A DNA stretch of 64,000 nt from the human T2T-CHM13v2.0 reference genome, Homo sapiens (GCF_009914755.1 NC_060926.1); one strand, 5' to 3'. Counted from the first letter of the stretch, positions 1 to 14,597 are shown. Numbers and translations: made by a program. Notes: a model not told the origin generated them from the sequence alone.

Positions 1-869
1 AACACGGGCAGGTACATGGCTGTATCACAGGTCCTCTTTATAAAGATCAAACCACTTGTTACTGACTCCATAAACACTCCATATCCATTGTGATATGGAA
101 AGAAGCTTCTATGAAATAGACTAACAACTTTTGAAATATAATTTTAATGTTTTTATCACGTCTAATTACATGAATAAGGTGCAATGGGCTTCAGCATCCC
201 CATCCCAGATCACTAAAGGCCTTCCCTCACAAATGGTTTTGGCTAAAACTCAACCATATACAATGGATATGGAAACTTAGAAGTATGTCTGAAAGTTTAT
301 TTTGTGTTGCATGGAACTAGAAAAAGAGAAAAGTGAAAACAGTAACATAGTTATACCCTCCCTGCTTTGATTGACTGCACAAAACTTTTGCTGGCTTCAG
401 CAGTTTTACAGTCTAACACACTTAGGAGGCACCCCCGCCAAATGCCGGAAACCTGAATCTGCTCTTGAAATGTCAGTGATAAAAATTAAAAGAAGAGTAG
501 AAGAGTGAGACCCTAATTGTGGCTAAATCATCAGACTATGAACATAAAACTAACTAGGATGACACAGGAAAATAGCACAGCAAAGGGGAAAAAAAACACC
601 ATCTAAAAATTGTGTGTCTCTGAGATGACACCAAGAATCACAAAGCCTGAGGAATTCTGCTTTAATATCCATATTAAACAAGTAATCTGTTTATCTTCTC
701 ATCTCAGCCCATCCTGGCCCTTTTTCCTTACTGCCCTAACCTCTCTTTGACCTATAGAAATCTCTTTCTCCCAATTTGTGAATAAGTCATGGCATATAAA
801 CTGCCAACCTATCCCTTGATGAGAATACCCATTTTTATATTTAATTGTGTGTCTGTGTGTGTGGATTAG

Positions 870-965
870 ACATTTATTATATATCCAGGCACTGTGCTAG
901 ATGGTGGGGATTAAAAAGACAATACAACATGTTCTTATCTTCCATGATCCTATAATTTAGTGGAA
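870..965 (-). mobile_element. L2 LINE 3' fragment
   Basis: catttatt...ccaggcactgtgctag...ggggat is the reverse complement of the typical L2 3' end. Confidence 0.55.
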
Positions 966-1040
966 ATAACTGGTGAAGTCTTCATTGTGCCTGTGTCAGC
1001 CAAGAATATTTCATTACTAAATAAAATAGATGTTCATTTA

Positions 1041-1350
1041 TTCTTTCTTTTTTTTCTTTTTTTCTTTTTTTTTTTGAGACAGGGTCTCACTCTGTCACCC
1101 AGGCTGGAGTGCAGTGGCCGTGATCTCGGCTAACTTCAACCTGTGTCTCCCAGGTTCAAGCGATTCTCCCACCTCAGCCTCCCGAATAGCCGGGATTCCA
1201 GGTGTCCGCCACCAAGCCTGGCTAATTTTTGTATTTTTTGATGGAGATGGGGTTTTACCGTGTTGGCCAGGCTGGTCTTGAACTCCTGACCTCAAGTGAT
1301 CTGCCCGCCCTTGGCCTCCCAAAGCACTGGGATTACAGGCATGAGCCACC
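1041..1350 (-). mobile_element. Alu (AluS-type), near full length
   Basis: Poly-T then gagacagggtctcactctgtcacccaggctggagtgcagtgg...gggattacaggcatgagccacc. Confidence 0.95.
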
Positions 1351-3114
1351 AATCCATTCATTCTTACTGGCATCCAACCTCATTCATTCTTATTTCATAC
1401 TCTTATGTAAATATACAAATGGAATTACAATAAGGGTATCTGCAACTAATTTCCACGCTGATTAAATGACAGTTTTGTATCACAAAAGAAAGCACTAATC
1501 AATCATTTATTCACTCAACAAACATCTCTTGAAGCCACACAGTCAGACATGAAATTACGAGTGATCATTCCGTATATGATATGCAGCTTAAATGAAATGC
1601 TAATGCTGCTGCACCAGAGTCGTGAAGCAGTACCAATCTTTATGTTGCCTCTCACTCCAGTGTGCTTTTGCTCATTTTATTTCTGCTCTTGGCAAGATTT
1701 AAATAAAGGCTTTTTTTCTTTGCTCTACAAATGTTTGCAGCAGCTATATTACACTGACTTAACACAGCATTAACTACAGTACAAATACATACTCCCTAGA
1801 TTGCTTTTCGAGAAAGGAAAATGTTTATGATCTCTATCAAACAAACCCTGAATTCATCAGTCTGAAATTTATTTAAAGTGTCAGATGAATTTGACAAAAA
1901 TCTATACCTAGAATTCATTTCTGAACAGCGTAGGCTTATTACTTTGATTTCGAAGAAAAAAAATACCCTAAAAATGTTCTGGCTCTCTCAGAATGTAAAG
2001 TTCAAGTTAAGGCATGTATGGCTACTATGGGTTTACACTGAATTATGTGAAGAAAAAAAAAAAGCATTTCTGTCTTGGTTGCTTAACTCAGAGTAAAATC
2101 ATTAGTCCCAATTCTGCAATAAAACAAAATATCAGTCTAAGTGAAAACAAGTAAGAAGCATGGGCTGAGAGGATTTTACTTTTATTAGGCTTTACTTTAT
2201 GACCCAGGCACCAACCTGAGGCAGGGCATAGAAAAAACATTTCTAGACAGAGACAGGGCAAATCAGCCAAGAAAATGACTAAATGCTGGAGAAAACAAGT
2301 CATTGAGCTATTTTAAATCTAATTAATTTGATAAAATATGTTTCTATTTTTCCCAACCTAAAAATAAATGAATACAATAATAGAATCATGAGTGCATTGC
2401 TTATAATGTAAATGTCTTTTTTTTTTTCTATTAGAAAAGCTAAAGAACATGGTATTCCTGGGGATATTTTTCTCCCTTGGTGGTTTGCCATCATGTGCGT
2501 TACAGCTGGGACAGGCCTTACAAGGACTCCAAATTTCTTTCTACAAATGAGGAGCCCGTGGTCTGGAGAAACGAGGCGAGTTACCTATGGTTACAAAGCT
2601 AGCTGGAGGCAGACACAGAATGAGAGGACAGGTTGCCTGGCTCACGTTTGCTCTCTTGTTCTCTGTCATTAAGTGATGGAAAGGGACCGAAATACTTAAC
2701 AACCTACAGAAATCTATTCCACTCACGATATGCTCCTTGTCATCCAATGATACAGAACAGATTGGATCATGGATTTTTGCTTCTTGAGTGTTTTGGAGTT
2801 CTGTAGCTAAACAGGATGCTGCAGAAACTGGGAATGAGGAACCTCAAGAACAAAACTACACACTGTAAAGCGTGTAGAATCATTCCAACGGGGTTCAAAA
2901 TATTTTGGGGGAGCACAGGTGACCCCCCCGTCTAACGCACAATGTTTCTGAGGCTGGTTCCAGAGCAGACCACGATGAAGTGGCACCTGTAGAACGTGTA
3001 GGCAGTAGCCACTATGGGGCACTGTGCAACCAAGGAAATACACCTGCAAAACACTGAGAAATCCGGGTCCTCCGTTTGCTAAAGGTAGGACCTGGCACTA
3101 CTTAATTAACCTCT

Positions 3115-3250
3115 CCCATCCCCAGTTCTCCCAACTGTAAAATAAGAAGAGTAATTAACTGCTCTGAACATCTCACAAGGTAATTGTGGGGATCGATAGA
3201 GACTGGGTATAAAAGGTGATGTGGAGCTAGGAAGAGATATTATTATCATT
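3115..3250 (+). mobile_element. MIR fragment
   Basis: cagttctcccaactgtaaaataag...ctcacaaggtaattgtggggat resembles the MIR core. Confidence 0.55.
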
Positions 3251-3334
3251 ACATGCATGTTCTTTCCTCTTACTTGGGAAGACAGCACAGAAGCTACAAA
3301 ACAATATTATTTCTGGAAGTGTGGTGCCTGGTGC

Positions 3335-3480
3335 TGCCTCAGAACCTCTAAGGAGGTGTGTTTAAAACGCAACTACCTGGGTTCTATCCCAGACTCACTG
3401 AAACGAAATCTGGGTGGGCATGGCCCATGATCCTGTCATGTCAAAACTTTCCTTTGGATTGCATGTCCCTAGGACTGCAC
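3335..3480. mobile_element. MER5A-like hAT-Charlie MITE
   Basis: ttaaaacgcaactacctggg...cccagactcactgaaacgaaatctgggtggg...ggccca matches the MER5A core. Confidence 0.55.
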
Positions 3481-3984
3481 TAGAAGGGATCCAGGGAGTA
3501 AAAGCCAGAGGAGGCTGGGAAGATGGGCAACCGCATTCCACAGAAACAATGTTCAACCCACTGGCTGGAATCTCCAAACTACCCACAGATGTCTGCCTGA
3601 TCACAATCCTGTAATTCTTGTTACCTCTACCAAAACCAACCTCTCTCCCTGCAGCCCTGGAGACTACAGGCACTGCCAGACACACACCTGCAAGCCTATG
3701 CAAGGGTTGTTTTCTTAAGCCTCCTGCTCTGATGGCCCTTGGTCTTCTCCCCTGTTCCTGCAACACTTCATAGGTAACTATTCCTCCCTGGGTAGAACCT
3801 TTCCATGACCAGTGATTGGCACATTTTACTTTCAGCGTGTGATGTACAAATACTTGAATGAAAGACAGAACATGGAATTCATTATACTCACAAAAATCTT
3901 ACTATAGCATTTAACATTATTCTTTTTGCAAAATGTATTCACATTTCCCATTCGAGAAGGCAAAGATAATAAGCATTTGAGTAA

Positions 3985-4195
3985 CAAATACCTGGATTCA
4001 GATACATTTCCAACATAAGTTTTTTTCATTTATTAGCTGTATCAACTTGGGCAGGTTATTACACCTCAGATCAGTTTCTTCAACTGGAAGACAGATGTAA
4101 TATCATACAACCTAGCCCGCCTTCAGGAAGATTTTAATTGGGCTCCACAGGAAAGGCAATTAATGTATCGCCAGGCACAGATGCTCAAAGAATCT
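3985..4195 (+). mobile_element. MIR
   Basis: cctggattcaga...ttattagctgtatcaacttgggcaggttatt...cagtttcttcaactgga. Confidence 0.6.
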
Positions 4196-4317
4196 TCATT
4201 CTCTTCTTGTCCTTTTCCCTTTTCACACTTTCTAATGGGTTCTCTAATAGTCTGCAATAGCCACAGCTTTTAACAAATCTTCCAAAAGGAACTCCGACAG
4301 TAAATTTGATTCCTACT

Positions 4318-4685
4318 CAGTAGTGTGCTATTAAATGTTTTACAATAATCTCTCAGGGAGGGGGAGTGGAGGAAGAACCCTGATTGTTAGTGTTTGCCCA
4401 TTCTATGGTGTAAACGCTTCCACTATAGCCAATTTCAAACTACCAATGGGATGTTACTGAACGGAACTGGGATGCGATGTGCAAGAGCTCATCATTGTAT
4501 GAGTATTTCCACCACACAGATACAATAAAAGTAAATAACTTCCGAGAGCGCAGATAATATGAAATAAATTGCAAAATGAAATAAAAGAATCAGAAAGTGA
4601 TGAGTGTGAAGTATTTGCCATCTTTGCTTTTAAACTGGCTCATAAATCTCCTGAAAAGGTACAAGCCAACTCCAGCACACTACTG
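4318..4685. mobile_element. MER63-family (MER63B-like) hAT DNA transposon
   Basis: Perfect 12-bp TIRs cagtagtgtgct (4318-4329) and agcacactactg (4674-4685); internal ggtgtaaacgcttccactatagccaatttcaaactaccaa. Confidence 0.8.
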
Positions 4686-5029
4686 TATCTTACTCCATCA
4701 AGAAAACTCTGCCCTTAGAAGGGTACTAATTGCAGGCATTTCAGCCTACCTAGAGAGCTTTATTTATGCAGGACCCTTTAAACAGATGCAGAGAGCACAT
4801 GCTTAGAGTTTCTACAGGGGTGAAATGTGGCTACAAAACAGTATGTGTCTACGTGATACTGACGTGCTGTACATGTGCATCAGTTCTGCTAGGGAAGAGC
4901 CTTGTCTGGGGAGAAAGAAAGCTGTACAGTGCTTAACACATGAAAACACCCGGTCAGCAGGTAACAGTAACAGGTAGTAAGCAATAGTAAAATTCGTTAC
5001 ACCTCTTCTCTCCATCTCATCCTTATTAC

Positions 5030-5225
5030 GAACATTTATTTATGTGGCTTAACTTTTACCTTAGGTCCATCCTCGTTGTAAGACACTAAGCCATGATGTA
5101 ACAATTTTTAGGGCCCATGTCAGACATGTGTGACACTCTCACTTTAGACACAAGGAAACAAAGGTACAGAGGAGGAAAGCAAGTTGCCCACACTTAAAGG
5201 GATGTGGGACTGGAATTCAGGCCTT
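5030..5225 (-). mobile_element. MIR
   Basis: cactttagacacaaggaaacaaaggtacagaggagg...gttgccca is the MIR core on the reverse strand. Confidence 0.5.
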
Positions 5226-5474
5226 ATACTTTTATAAAATGGATTAGTTCTCCAAAGCCTTTTGGCTACTATGTTTCATTTGCTTATTCATTTGTACACT
5301 GTTTTCAAGAGATAATAAAATATATTTGTGACTTATAAAATTTTGTTTGCAGCCTGCTCAGTTCCAGAGGTGACATTTAATGACCCTGACTTGCATTTGC
5401 ATTAGGTTGTCTTTACCACAATAGAGCCATCACATTGGAAAACTTGCTCAGCAGTAGAAGTGGCAGGAATTAAC

Positions 5475-6692
5475 TTTTATTAAAGGCTTATTAGGTACCA
5501 AGAATATTAGTAATAAATTATAAAGATGGCTTCATTTAAACAGAAGAACAACCTACGAGTTAGGTAATATTATGGCCTCAATTTTATGATGAAGAAATGA
5601 AGACTCCTTGAGGTTAAGAATCCATCAGAAGTTTCTAGGGCTGGCTTGCTGGGCATGTGACTGTGCAGTCATGTGGGACCCGACACCCAGAAGAGCCACA
5701 CTTGTTTTAATGTTCTCCTGCCACTGGCCTGAAGTTCTCAATAACTCTGTCTTTGACTTTGTGTGCTATACCTGAAGTCAGATGGGAGAGAGTGGAACGA
5801 TGAAGCAGGCATGGGTCATATGTGTGCCACATCCTGTCCATCGTTCCTTGCTGCCCACTTAAAGTTGTCTAACATTCATGATGCCTCATGAGCACAGGAC
5901 TCTGGTGAGGTCACAATGCTTGGGAGTTCAGCAGGACTCAAAACGAGTGCAAGGTGAGTATGGTACCTCTACGACAAGTGGAGGATCCCACAGCTCCCAG
6001 AGGCCATGCTTTCTGTCAGAACCAGAACTAGCTTCAAACACAAAAGTAAGGCAATTGTACTTTAAGAAACACAACCGACCAAGGCCCCTATCATGTCCTT
6101 TCTTATTTCCTTATATTGGCCAAACACTTGTGCTCCAAATGGTGACACAGAAGGAAATCCCTGCCTTATTCATCAGGAAGCTGAAGGTAGAATGTGTTGG
6201 TAAAACACGCATGTATCAAGAAGTAAAATAAAAACAACAGAGTTAGTTTTTGGCAGTGTTTCCTCTGTTCTGGTCAGAAAGAAATACATAGGAATGTAAC
6301 AGCTATGAAATACAAATTGTGTAACTTCAGTGATTATGCAAACAAGTTAAATGCTTTTAAATTTGCATTTAAAACTGGCATTGCACGAGTTAACAATAAC
6401 AGAAAAAAACATACCAATAATTACATTTTTAATTTTTCTTTACTTGGAACATTAAAAATACTGTGACAATTCAAGAGGCAAGGAAGAGAAGGGAAAGGAG
6501 GGCAGGGAAGCAGTGGGAAGGAAAGGGCAAAACATTTTGTTTTAGTACCTTGGAGGGCACTTCTTTCCTGTTTTTTGAATAAATGGCTCCACATTCTAAT
6601 TTCGCACAGGGTCCCACAGCCAGCCCTGGCTGTCACACAACGTGGAAGCATCAGAGTCAGTATCTGAATCCAAACTGACTCCAAAGCTCCTT
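5475..6692 (-). mobile_element. MIR split by a MER45 insertion (pieces about 5475-5635 and 6629-6692)
   Basis: attttatgatgaagaaatgaagact...gaggttaag, resuming as gtcacacaac...tgaatccaaactgactccaaagc. Confidence 0.6.
5636..6628 (+). mobile_element. MER45B-like hAT-Tip100 DNA transposon
   Basis: TIRs tagggctggct (5636) and agccagccctg (6618-6628); MER45 start gggcatgtgactgtgcagtc...cagaagagcc...ttaatg; about 1 kb. Confidence 0.8.
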
Positions 6693-7619
6693 TGCTTTGA
6701 CCCCATTTTATTCAGCCTTTTATTTTAAACAACACGGCTCTTCAGTTTCAGAAAATTTTTGTCATGATTCCACTGTTGGCAATCTGGACATGTGACAATT
6801 GTTTATCCCTCTTCCTTTTTCTTAAGTTTTTCCCCTTTCTCTGAATCATTTCAGCTGTGCTTTCTCCATTCATTGAACAAGTATTCACTCTGTGCCAGGG
6901 ACATCTAACTCTGTTACCCGGTGGTGCATCGGCAAAGCCTATGATTTTGGAGACAACAAAGGCGAAGTCATTTCTAAGAACCTCAGAAATCCCAAATGAC
7001 GAGGTTTATGCAACTTCAAAGTCCTTCTGCTTTTTTTTTCCTCCTAATACTTGATTACCTCTCTAAGCAGAGGCTGCACTTCATGCAGGTCTAATCTTTC
7101 AGGGCACAGTGTGGTTAGGAACCCACCCCCAGCCCGACCCCCGCCGCCAAAATGAACACTGGTTGTAAGCAGGCATTCAGTTTCAAAGAGGGTTTGTTCC
7201 ACTGAACACCAACTGTGGATTAGAAGCAGCAGATTAAAATTCTGTTTGCTTGTGTCCCGTGGAGGACTCAAAGTCAGGGGATTTCTATCCAGGACTTTCT
7301 TTCTTTTCTTCCTCAACCTCTCCCTCCCCCCACAAAAGCCACTGTCTGGGTTGTAAGTTAAATCAATCATAAGTCATCTCAAAGAATAAGGTATTATTAT
7401 ATAAGAAGGTAAGGCAAGAGCGAAACTAACAAACAAAACCCTATGCCACTTACGCTGCTTAAGAAAGAGCCAAAAAATGTACTAGACATGACGCCAATTC
7501 TATTTCTTTTAATTCTTCTGTTGTGTCCTAATGATACTAGCCACAAATACTACCTTTGAGCCCAGCACAGTTGTGCTGGCTGGCAATTTAAAATACTGTT
7601 TGTCAAAAGGAACCAGATC

Positions 7620-7800
7620 ATTTACGCTCACTTTACAGGGGAAGGAACGGAAGCCTGGAATACGGTTAATTTTTTTCATGGTTTGTTAAAACAGAAGGAA
7701 AAGAAAGAAGGAAAGAAAAAGGTAACTCATACAAATCCCCGGCAAGGTGCAGGGCCTGGAATTTGAGACTAAATCTGTGGACTCCAAAGCCCCAGTCTCT
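7620..7800 (-). mobile_element. MIR (interrupted by a GAAA-rich tract)
   Basis: cactttacaggggaaggaacggaagc...ggaatttgag...tctgtggactccaaagccc. Confidence 0.5.
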
Positions 7801-8431
7801 CCTCACAGGCTGCCCTCTACAGGTTACAAAGTGCATTCATGCACCTCGCATCTCAGTGCCATATGGATGTCAGATTAAATGTCCAATGCTGACCTCAGTT
7901 TTACTGAAAATAAACTCTTCATAGGTCATAAATTTTTAGAACCGGCCATAATAAACTAAATATCTGTGTACAAGTCCCAAAGCAAAGATCGCTGCACCGG
8001 AAGCCTCTAGCAGTGCTTCAAACATGCTTGCTGCTAATACTTAGAACTGCCGTTATCAGAGACAGAGATGGGAGATGAGAAAGAAACAGATTGGGAGACT
8101 AGAAACTGAAGAATGCCAAGGAGAGAATCCAGTATGACAAAACTGTCATCAATCTACCATCTGTGTAGAGTTTGGGGGTTTCAGAGACAACATCATAGGT
8201 CAACTTGCTTTTCAAATGTCTGAAATTGTGCCCCCACATGTGTGAATTGTGGCTAGACAGCATGAATCACGGAGTGCAATACAAAAAAGAAAAAGAAAAA
8301 AAAACCACTTATGAAATGCATCATTGAGGGAGTGTCATTACGTTCTGCTCTAAGCTGGTGGTAAGATTCAAAGTAGACTGGTGGTGGGCCATTGCTAGGT
8401 TGTAATAAAGCCACATCTATGGTGAAAGGAG

Positions 8432-8600
8432 TTTCTTTTATTTAACAAACATCTATGGAAGACATCTGCTAACCACTGGGGATACAAAGGCAAATGAGAT
8501 GAGCTCCCATATCTTAAGAACTGGTGGCAGGGGAGGGGTGGTGGGCTTTGGAGGGGATTTGGGGAGTGGTGAACAGAATATTCCACAAGTACAAGACAGA
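8432..8600 (-). mobile_element. L2 fragment
   Basis: tttatttaacaaacatctat...cactggggatacaaagg. Confidence 0.45.
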
Positions 8601-10371
8601 TACTCCAGGAGAGGAAGGCCTGGAAGGGAGCTGCAGACTCCCTAGAATTCTTCATTTGGAGGGGAGGGGCACCTTTCAAACAGGTACAACCAATGGGGAA
8701 AGGGGTGTGGGCCTCTGGCAGCTTCCTTGTGCACAGAGCTTGTCTTCTTCCATTGAGATATTTGGACAAAAACCAAACTAGGGCTACTCTGTCAATTTTC
8801 TGCAGCAAACTGTAACACATCTTGTTTCATCCTTTCATCTTCTCCCGCAGGAACTTCAAAATATCGACCGCCCTTTAAACTCAGGGATAACTGCTCCCAT
8901 CCTAGGAAGCCCGCAATTTGGAAATGGGGCAAAGAGGCTCCAGCTCCCACCCAGTCAGGGAGGGCATGGGCTGACTGTTTACAAAGTGCAGACGCCCCCT
9001 CCTGCTGCTGCTTTTGCTCTCTGGGCAGAAGCAGGGCCTTCAAAGCTGTCAGTCAGACCTTTGAGAACATGAAAGAACCCTGGGGAGGGAAGAAAGGGTT
9101 TGTTTGTTTTTAAGCTCTTCTCATTAAGTTGACTGATAGGGAGGCTCACACACAACAGTGGGGGGCATCCAAGTCTAATGTTTAAGCCTAGACAGCTCCA
9201 AGGGGACACCTGTTGGCTGTTCTCCCTCGCACCTGCCCAGGTGGCTGGGCCTCCGACTGTCCTCTCTGCACCTCACCCCTTCCTGACACCAAGCAGGACT
9301 GAACAGAGGGCCCTGCCCACAAGGCACCTGACCTTTGAGCCAGGGAGACAGCCAATCCTAAATTGTGGAGACTGCGATGAGGCTAGCCACTGCGCTGTGC
9401 CACTTTCCACTTCAGTGGTGTGACGGACCAACACAACTAATGAAGGTGACGTACCTGGGGTCTGTCTGCAAGATGGCCAGTGAGAGGAGGGTGGGAAAGC
9501 CAGCTCTGTACAGGCAGTCACCTGGGGGATGGGGGGCGCTACAGTCTGCTGCTTTTTGCACAGGAATCATCTGATACCCACAGAATGAGATTCTTCCCAC
9601 CCTTCATTGGCCAGAGAGAGTCCTGGAATTGTGCAGAGCCCCCAGCCTGATGCTAGCCTTCTTTTTCCTGGACACCAAGAGACAGCCTTTCTTTCCAAAA
9701 ATGAATAAAGATAGTTATTTTGATGTATAAATTGAATGTTTAATAGTAATTCACTAAGAGGGTGAAAAACGTGAAAACTTCCAGTTAGCTCGGATAGTCA
9801 TGAAATGTAAACAGGTAAACCCAGGCCACTTCTTCTTGTTAGATCCATATTATTTATTACCAGTTTTCTAGGAAGCCACAAAATTGTGTTTACTTTCATT
9901 GCCTGAGAGTACACGTTCTCAAGGAATATAAATCAGTTGAAAAAGCAATCTAACAAATAAACAAGCAGAACACCAAACTCATTACCAAAGGTGTGCCCAG
10001 GCCAAGTTCATCTCTTCTCCCAAAAGCTTGAGATCCTTTCAAATCCAGTGCCAATATCCAATGATTATGGGTTTCCTGAAGAGTGCAACATTCTTCAGGT
10101 TCACAGGTTGGTTTGGGCACAGGATGAGGGCTTCCTAGACATTAACATTCCGGAATACAGTCACAGACCTTTCTAACCACATCCAGTCATCTAAAAACTT
10201 CTCCAGGACAACAATATAATTAAAAAGTGCAGAGAAACCAACCAGCAATGTAAACCCTATTAAGATGGCATAGCACGGCTCATAAGGAAAATGAAAAGGG
10301 CTTGGGGGTGTGCGGGGATCTAAGATCATTAAGCAAAGTGAAAGAATTTTAACAGATTTTTAAATTTAATA

Positions 10372-11633
10372 TAGTCATGCCATGCTAATGACAGAGACAC
10401 ATTCTGAGAAATGCATCCTTGGGCAATTTCATCGTTGTATGAAATCACAGCATGTACTCACAAAAAATCTAGATGGTACAGCCTACTGCACACCTAGGCA
10501 ATGTGGTATGGCCTATTGCTTTGCTCCTAGGCTGCAAACGTGTACAGCATGTCACTGTACTGCATACTAGGCAATTGTGACACAATGGTATTTGTGTCTA
10601 AACATATCTAAACATAGGAAAAGTACAGTAAAAATATGGTATAAAAGATTTAAAAATGGTACAGCTGTATAGGACACTTATCATAAATGGAACTTCCATG
10701 ACTAGAAGTTGCTCTGGGTGAGTCAGTCAGTGGTGAGTGGATGTGAAGGTCTTAGGACATTACTACTTGCTACTGTAGACTTTATAAACACTGTTCACTT
10801 AGGCAAAGTGTAAGTTTACATGAAATTTACAAAAAAAATGGTTTTCTTTCTTCAATAATAAATCTTAGCTTAAGATTAGTAATTTAGCTTAGTAACTTTT
10901 TAACTGTATAAACTTTTTATTTTCTTAGAACTTTGGACTCTTTTGTAACACTTAGCTTAAAACACAAACACATTGTACAGCTGTACAAAATATCTTTATA
11001 TTTATTCTATAAGCATTTTTCTATGCTTAAATTATTTTATTTTTCATTTTTTAAACTTTTTTGTTAAAAGCTAAGACACAAACCCACAAATTAGCCTAGG
11101 CCTACACAGGGTCATGGTCATCAACATCACTGTCTTCCACCTCCCACATCTTGTCCCACTGGAAGGTCTTCAGGGGCAGTAACACGCATGGAACTGCCAT
11201 CACCTATGAAAGCAACGCCTTCTTCTGGAATCCTCCTGAAGGACCTGCCTGGGGCTGTTTTACAGGTAACTTTCTTTTTTATTAATTAGAAGGAATACAC
11301 TCTAAAAGAACGATAGAAGTATAGTACAGTAAAATACACAAACCAGTAACACATTTATTACCATTACTTTATTGTTTATAATCATTATCAAGTATTATGC
11401 CCTGTATATAATTGTATGTGATAGACTTTTCTATGACTGGCATATAGTAGGTTTGTTTATACCAGCATCATCACTAAAATACACGTAATGCAGTAATGCA
11501 CACTGCAGTACAACCTTACAACAGCTACAAGTCTCTAAGAGATTGGAATTTTGCAGCTCCATTATAATCTCAGGAGACCCCTGTGTTATATGTCGTCTGT
11601 CACTGACTGAATGTTGTATGTGGCACTTGACTG
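10372..11633 (+). mobile_element. Tigger3b-like (Golem/MER7) Tc1-mariner element, full length
   Basis: Starts (t)agtcatgc...ttctgagaaatgcat, ends cacttgactg; TA on both flanks; about 1.26 kb. Confidence 0.88.
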
Positions 11634-11985
11634 TATACTATCTGAAATAACAGCAATGCTGAAGTGCTCTAGGAACCAACTTAGGTTCCTAATAGAAGAT
11701 CAAGTTTTCTTCTTTGCCTGGTGCATGAGTCCAGGGCCAAACCTGAGTTTGTGCTTATGTTGTGGAAATCAGGAACAGCCTCAGGCAGTGGTGGGGACTG
11801 CCAAGCTGACACAGTCAGAATAACAACCACTAACAGTCAGCATCCATGAAGTCACTGAAGTCCTTTTAAGTTGCTTATGAAGGTGACTTAAAATGATTTC
11901 CATGGATGTGAGGACATCCACACTTAGGCTCTTCTTTCCTCACTTGTACGAGAGGTCCCTGTGTCTAATGTAAATGGAGAAGTGA

Positions 11986-12230
<245 letters not shown>

Positions 12231-13469
12231 TTCCTTTTGTTTTAAACTTCATGTGCTTTCATTACATCCTGTGAAGTTCTATTTAATACTGAAGATCACT
12301 TAATGTTCCTAACTTCAATCGCTGGTAATTTTTTTTTATTTCGATTCTAGTACAGGTTCAGAGTAAGGAAAAGAGTCCTTTTAATTAACTGACATGTGCC
12401 AGGCATTCCCTTGATTTTAGCCTTGCCTTTGGGAGGTTGCAAAATTTCAAAAAACAAAATAAAACTAAACAAAACGCTCACTCAGAAGGATGTGAGTCTG
12501 GGAAGAAATTCTGAAAATATACAAAGTTCCACATAAATTCTAATGACCCCAAATGCTCACTAACCCTTCATCTCTCTCCGTAGATGTCCCCAGCCCTGTG
12601 GCCATCTCCTGCAGGGAGCGATGGCAGAATGAGGTTGTGGCCATGCATCTGATACACACAGGTAGGGGACAGCACAGCAGCTTCCTGGGCTTTAAGCTAA
12701 AGGTGTGTGTTAGTTTCTCCATCTGCAATGGGGTTGGGCTAAACCCAAGATCAAGGCCCTGCATTTATAAGTCTTCATGGACAACTGATGTTGTATACTC
12801 CCCCTGGGGCAGAAGTACCTTTTTCAAATTTCATAGATGATTCTTGGGCAGGCAGCATAATAACAAAACACTGCTGAGCCCATTCGTTCTGGAACGGCCT
12901 TATTATCACACCAGGTGCTGAAAATGTATATAGTTCTAATTGTAGGATTTGACAACATTTATGAATCCAAGACAAAGTGCTTTTATAAATTCTCCATGGA
13001 CAGATCCAACCCAATATATTTACTAATTATTTACTGATTACACATGTCCATTAGTTCCGAATGCTTTGCTGAAGGAAGAAACAAAGATGCTGAATGCTAT
13101 TTTTAATCATTTTCAACAGAAATGAGAATTTCAGGTTTTCTCTGTGAGATTCACAAGTGGCACAAAAATTATGAGGTTGAATGGTTTAGCAGTGATTTCC
13201 TAACATTGCTAGTAAATGTGTTTCTCCAAAGTGATTAGTGGCAACTCTGAAGTATAAGACAGTGTATGTGCAGAATGGCCCATCTGGGCCATGGTCTCTT
13301 GTCCTTAGAGAATGTTCTGTTTATAAATAGATCACTAGAATTTGAGGAGCTCTATTCATGGAGATTCAACTTGAAGAAAGAGGGAAAAAATCCAACCTAC
13401 TCTCTTTTGTTTTAGAAATCACATTTAGGGAGTGGACAGCCATCCTTTCAGTCTAATAGGACTCTTAGA

Positions 13470-13720
13470 TCCATCCATTCGACATAGATTTATGAAGAAC
13501 CTCCAGGGCTCAGTACCACACAACATGCTCGATAGCTGGCACATGGAGTTCTGGAGGCTGCCTGCAAGGAACTTACAGTTTAGCAGGGATGGGAAGGGAG
13601 CAAAGTCAATTATAACAGAGTAGCAAGTGTAGCAACAGAGAAATGATGCTGTGCTGCAAGTAGGGACCATTAAATCATGTTAGGTGTGTGTGTGTCAGAA
13701 AAGGCTTGCTGGTAAGTTAA
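13470..13720 (-). mobile_element. L2 fragment
   Basis: ccatccattcgacatagatttatga...caaggaacttacagtttagcaggga. Confidence 0.45.
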
Positions 13721-14597
13721 TGGGAGTTGGTGGAAGTTAGGGGTTGGGAGGCGGGCAGAAGGAGAGGGAAGGAACCAAGTCCATAATAATCGGGTCAAGG
13801 AGAGATCCTGAAGGTAGTTGTGGCTAAGAGGGGAGTAGGAAAGTGGAGACCATGAGCTTGGATCCAAGCCAGAAGCACATGATGTTCTAAAAATGGCAGT
13901 GTTCGGTATGCAATGGACGACGACTGGGGAATCTAAGGAGAAGAGAATGCAGCACAATCGAGCTTAAGGTTTGGAAGGAGGACTCTTGGCCAAAGCGGAA
14001 AGGGATGGGTATGCAGGAGGGGCAAGAGTGTATGGAGACATCTGTAAAATAAATTCTAATATAAAATGCTCTGTTAGCTATAAGCAGTGCACTGCTTCCC
14101 CTCAATTTTTTTCTTAAAGAGTATGATAAACAGGTGATGCTGAAGCCCAAGAAACACTTCACCCTCTAGAAACTGTATATGTCACTGTTTCCATAAGGGC
14201 AGAGACTGTGGACAAGCACATGAAGCATAATCACATATTTTCAAGCCACTTAAATAGTGTGTGCCCAAGGGCACATTATAGACAAGCCAGCATTTGCAGC
14301 AGCAGGTAGCAGAGGCAGCTTCCTCTTCAGGAAACAGACACCAAATCATTAGAACCTTAACGCTGTGTCAACTTTGGCTGCCAAATATGCAGCTCCATAC
14401 CAAATGGTACCATTTACATCTGGCTCTGTATCTAAGCCAACTTCTTTGGCTTTAAGAAAATTCTGAATTTATACAATATAATATGAGTACATCTGATTTT
14501 CATTAGGCAGTCTGCCTGTTCTCCTTTTTCACTTTTGAAATCACATTTATATTTCTTATTCTCTTCCATTCTACTAAATTTTAAGATATCACTTTAC

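Noticed and set aside
8810-8850. Strong plus-strand splice acceptor (polypyrimidine tract plus cgcag)
   Set aside because: No convincing partner donor or ORF; isolated acceptors are common; needs RNA evidence.
7562-11690. Short 8-bp hairpins (near 7562 and 11670)
   Set aside because: Expected by chance in 64 kb.
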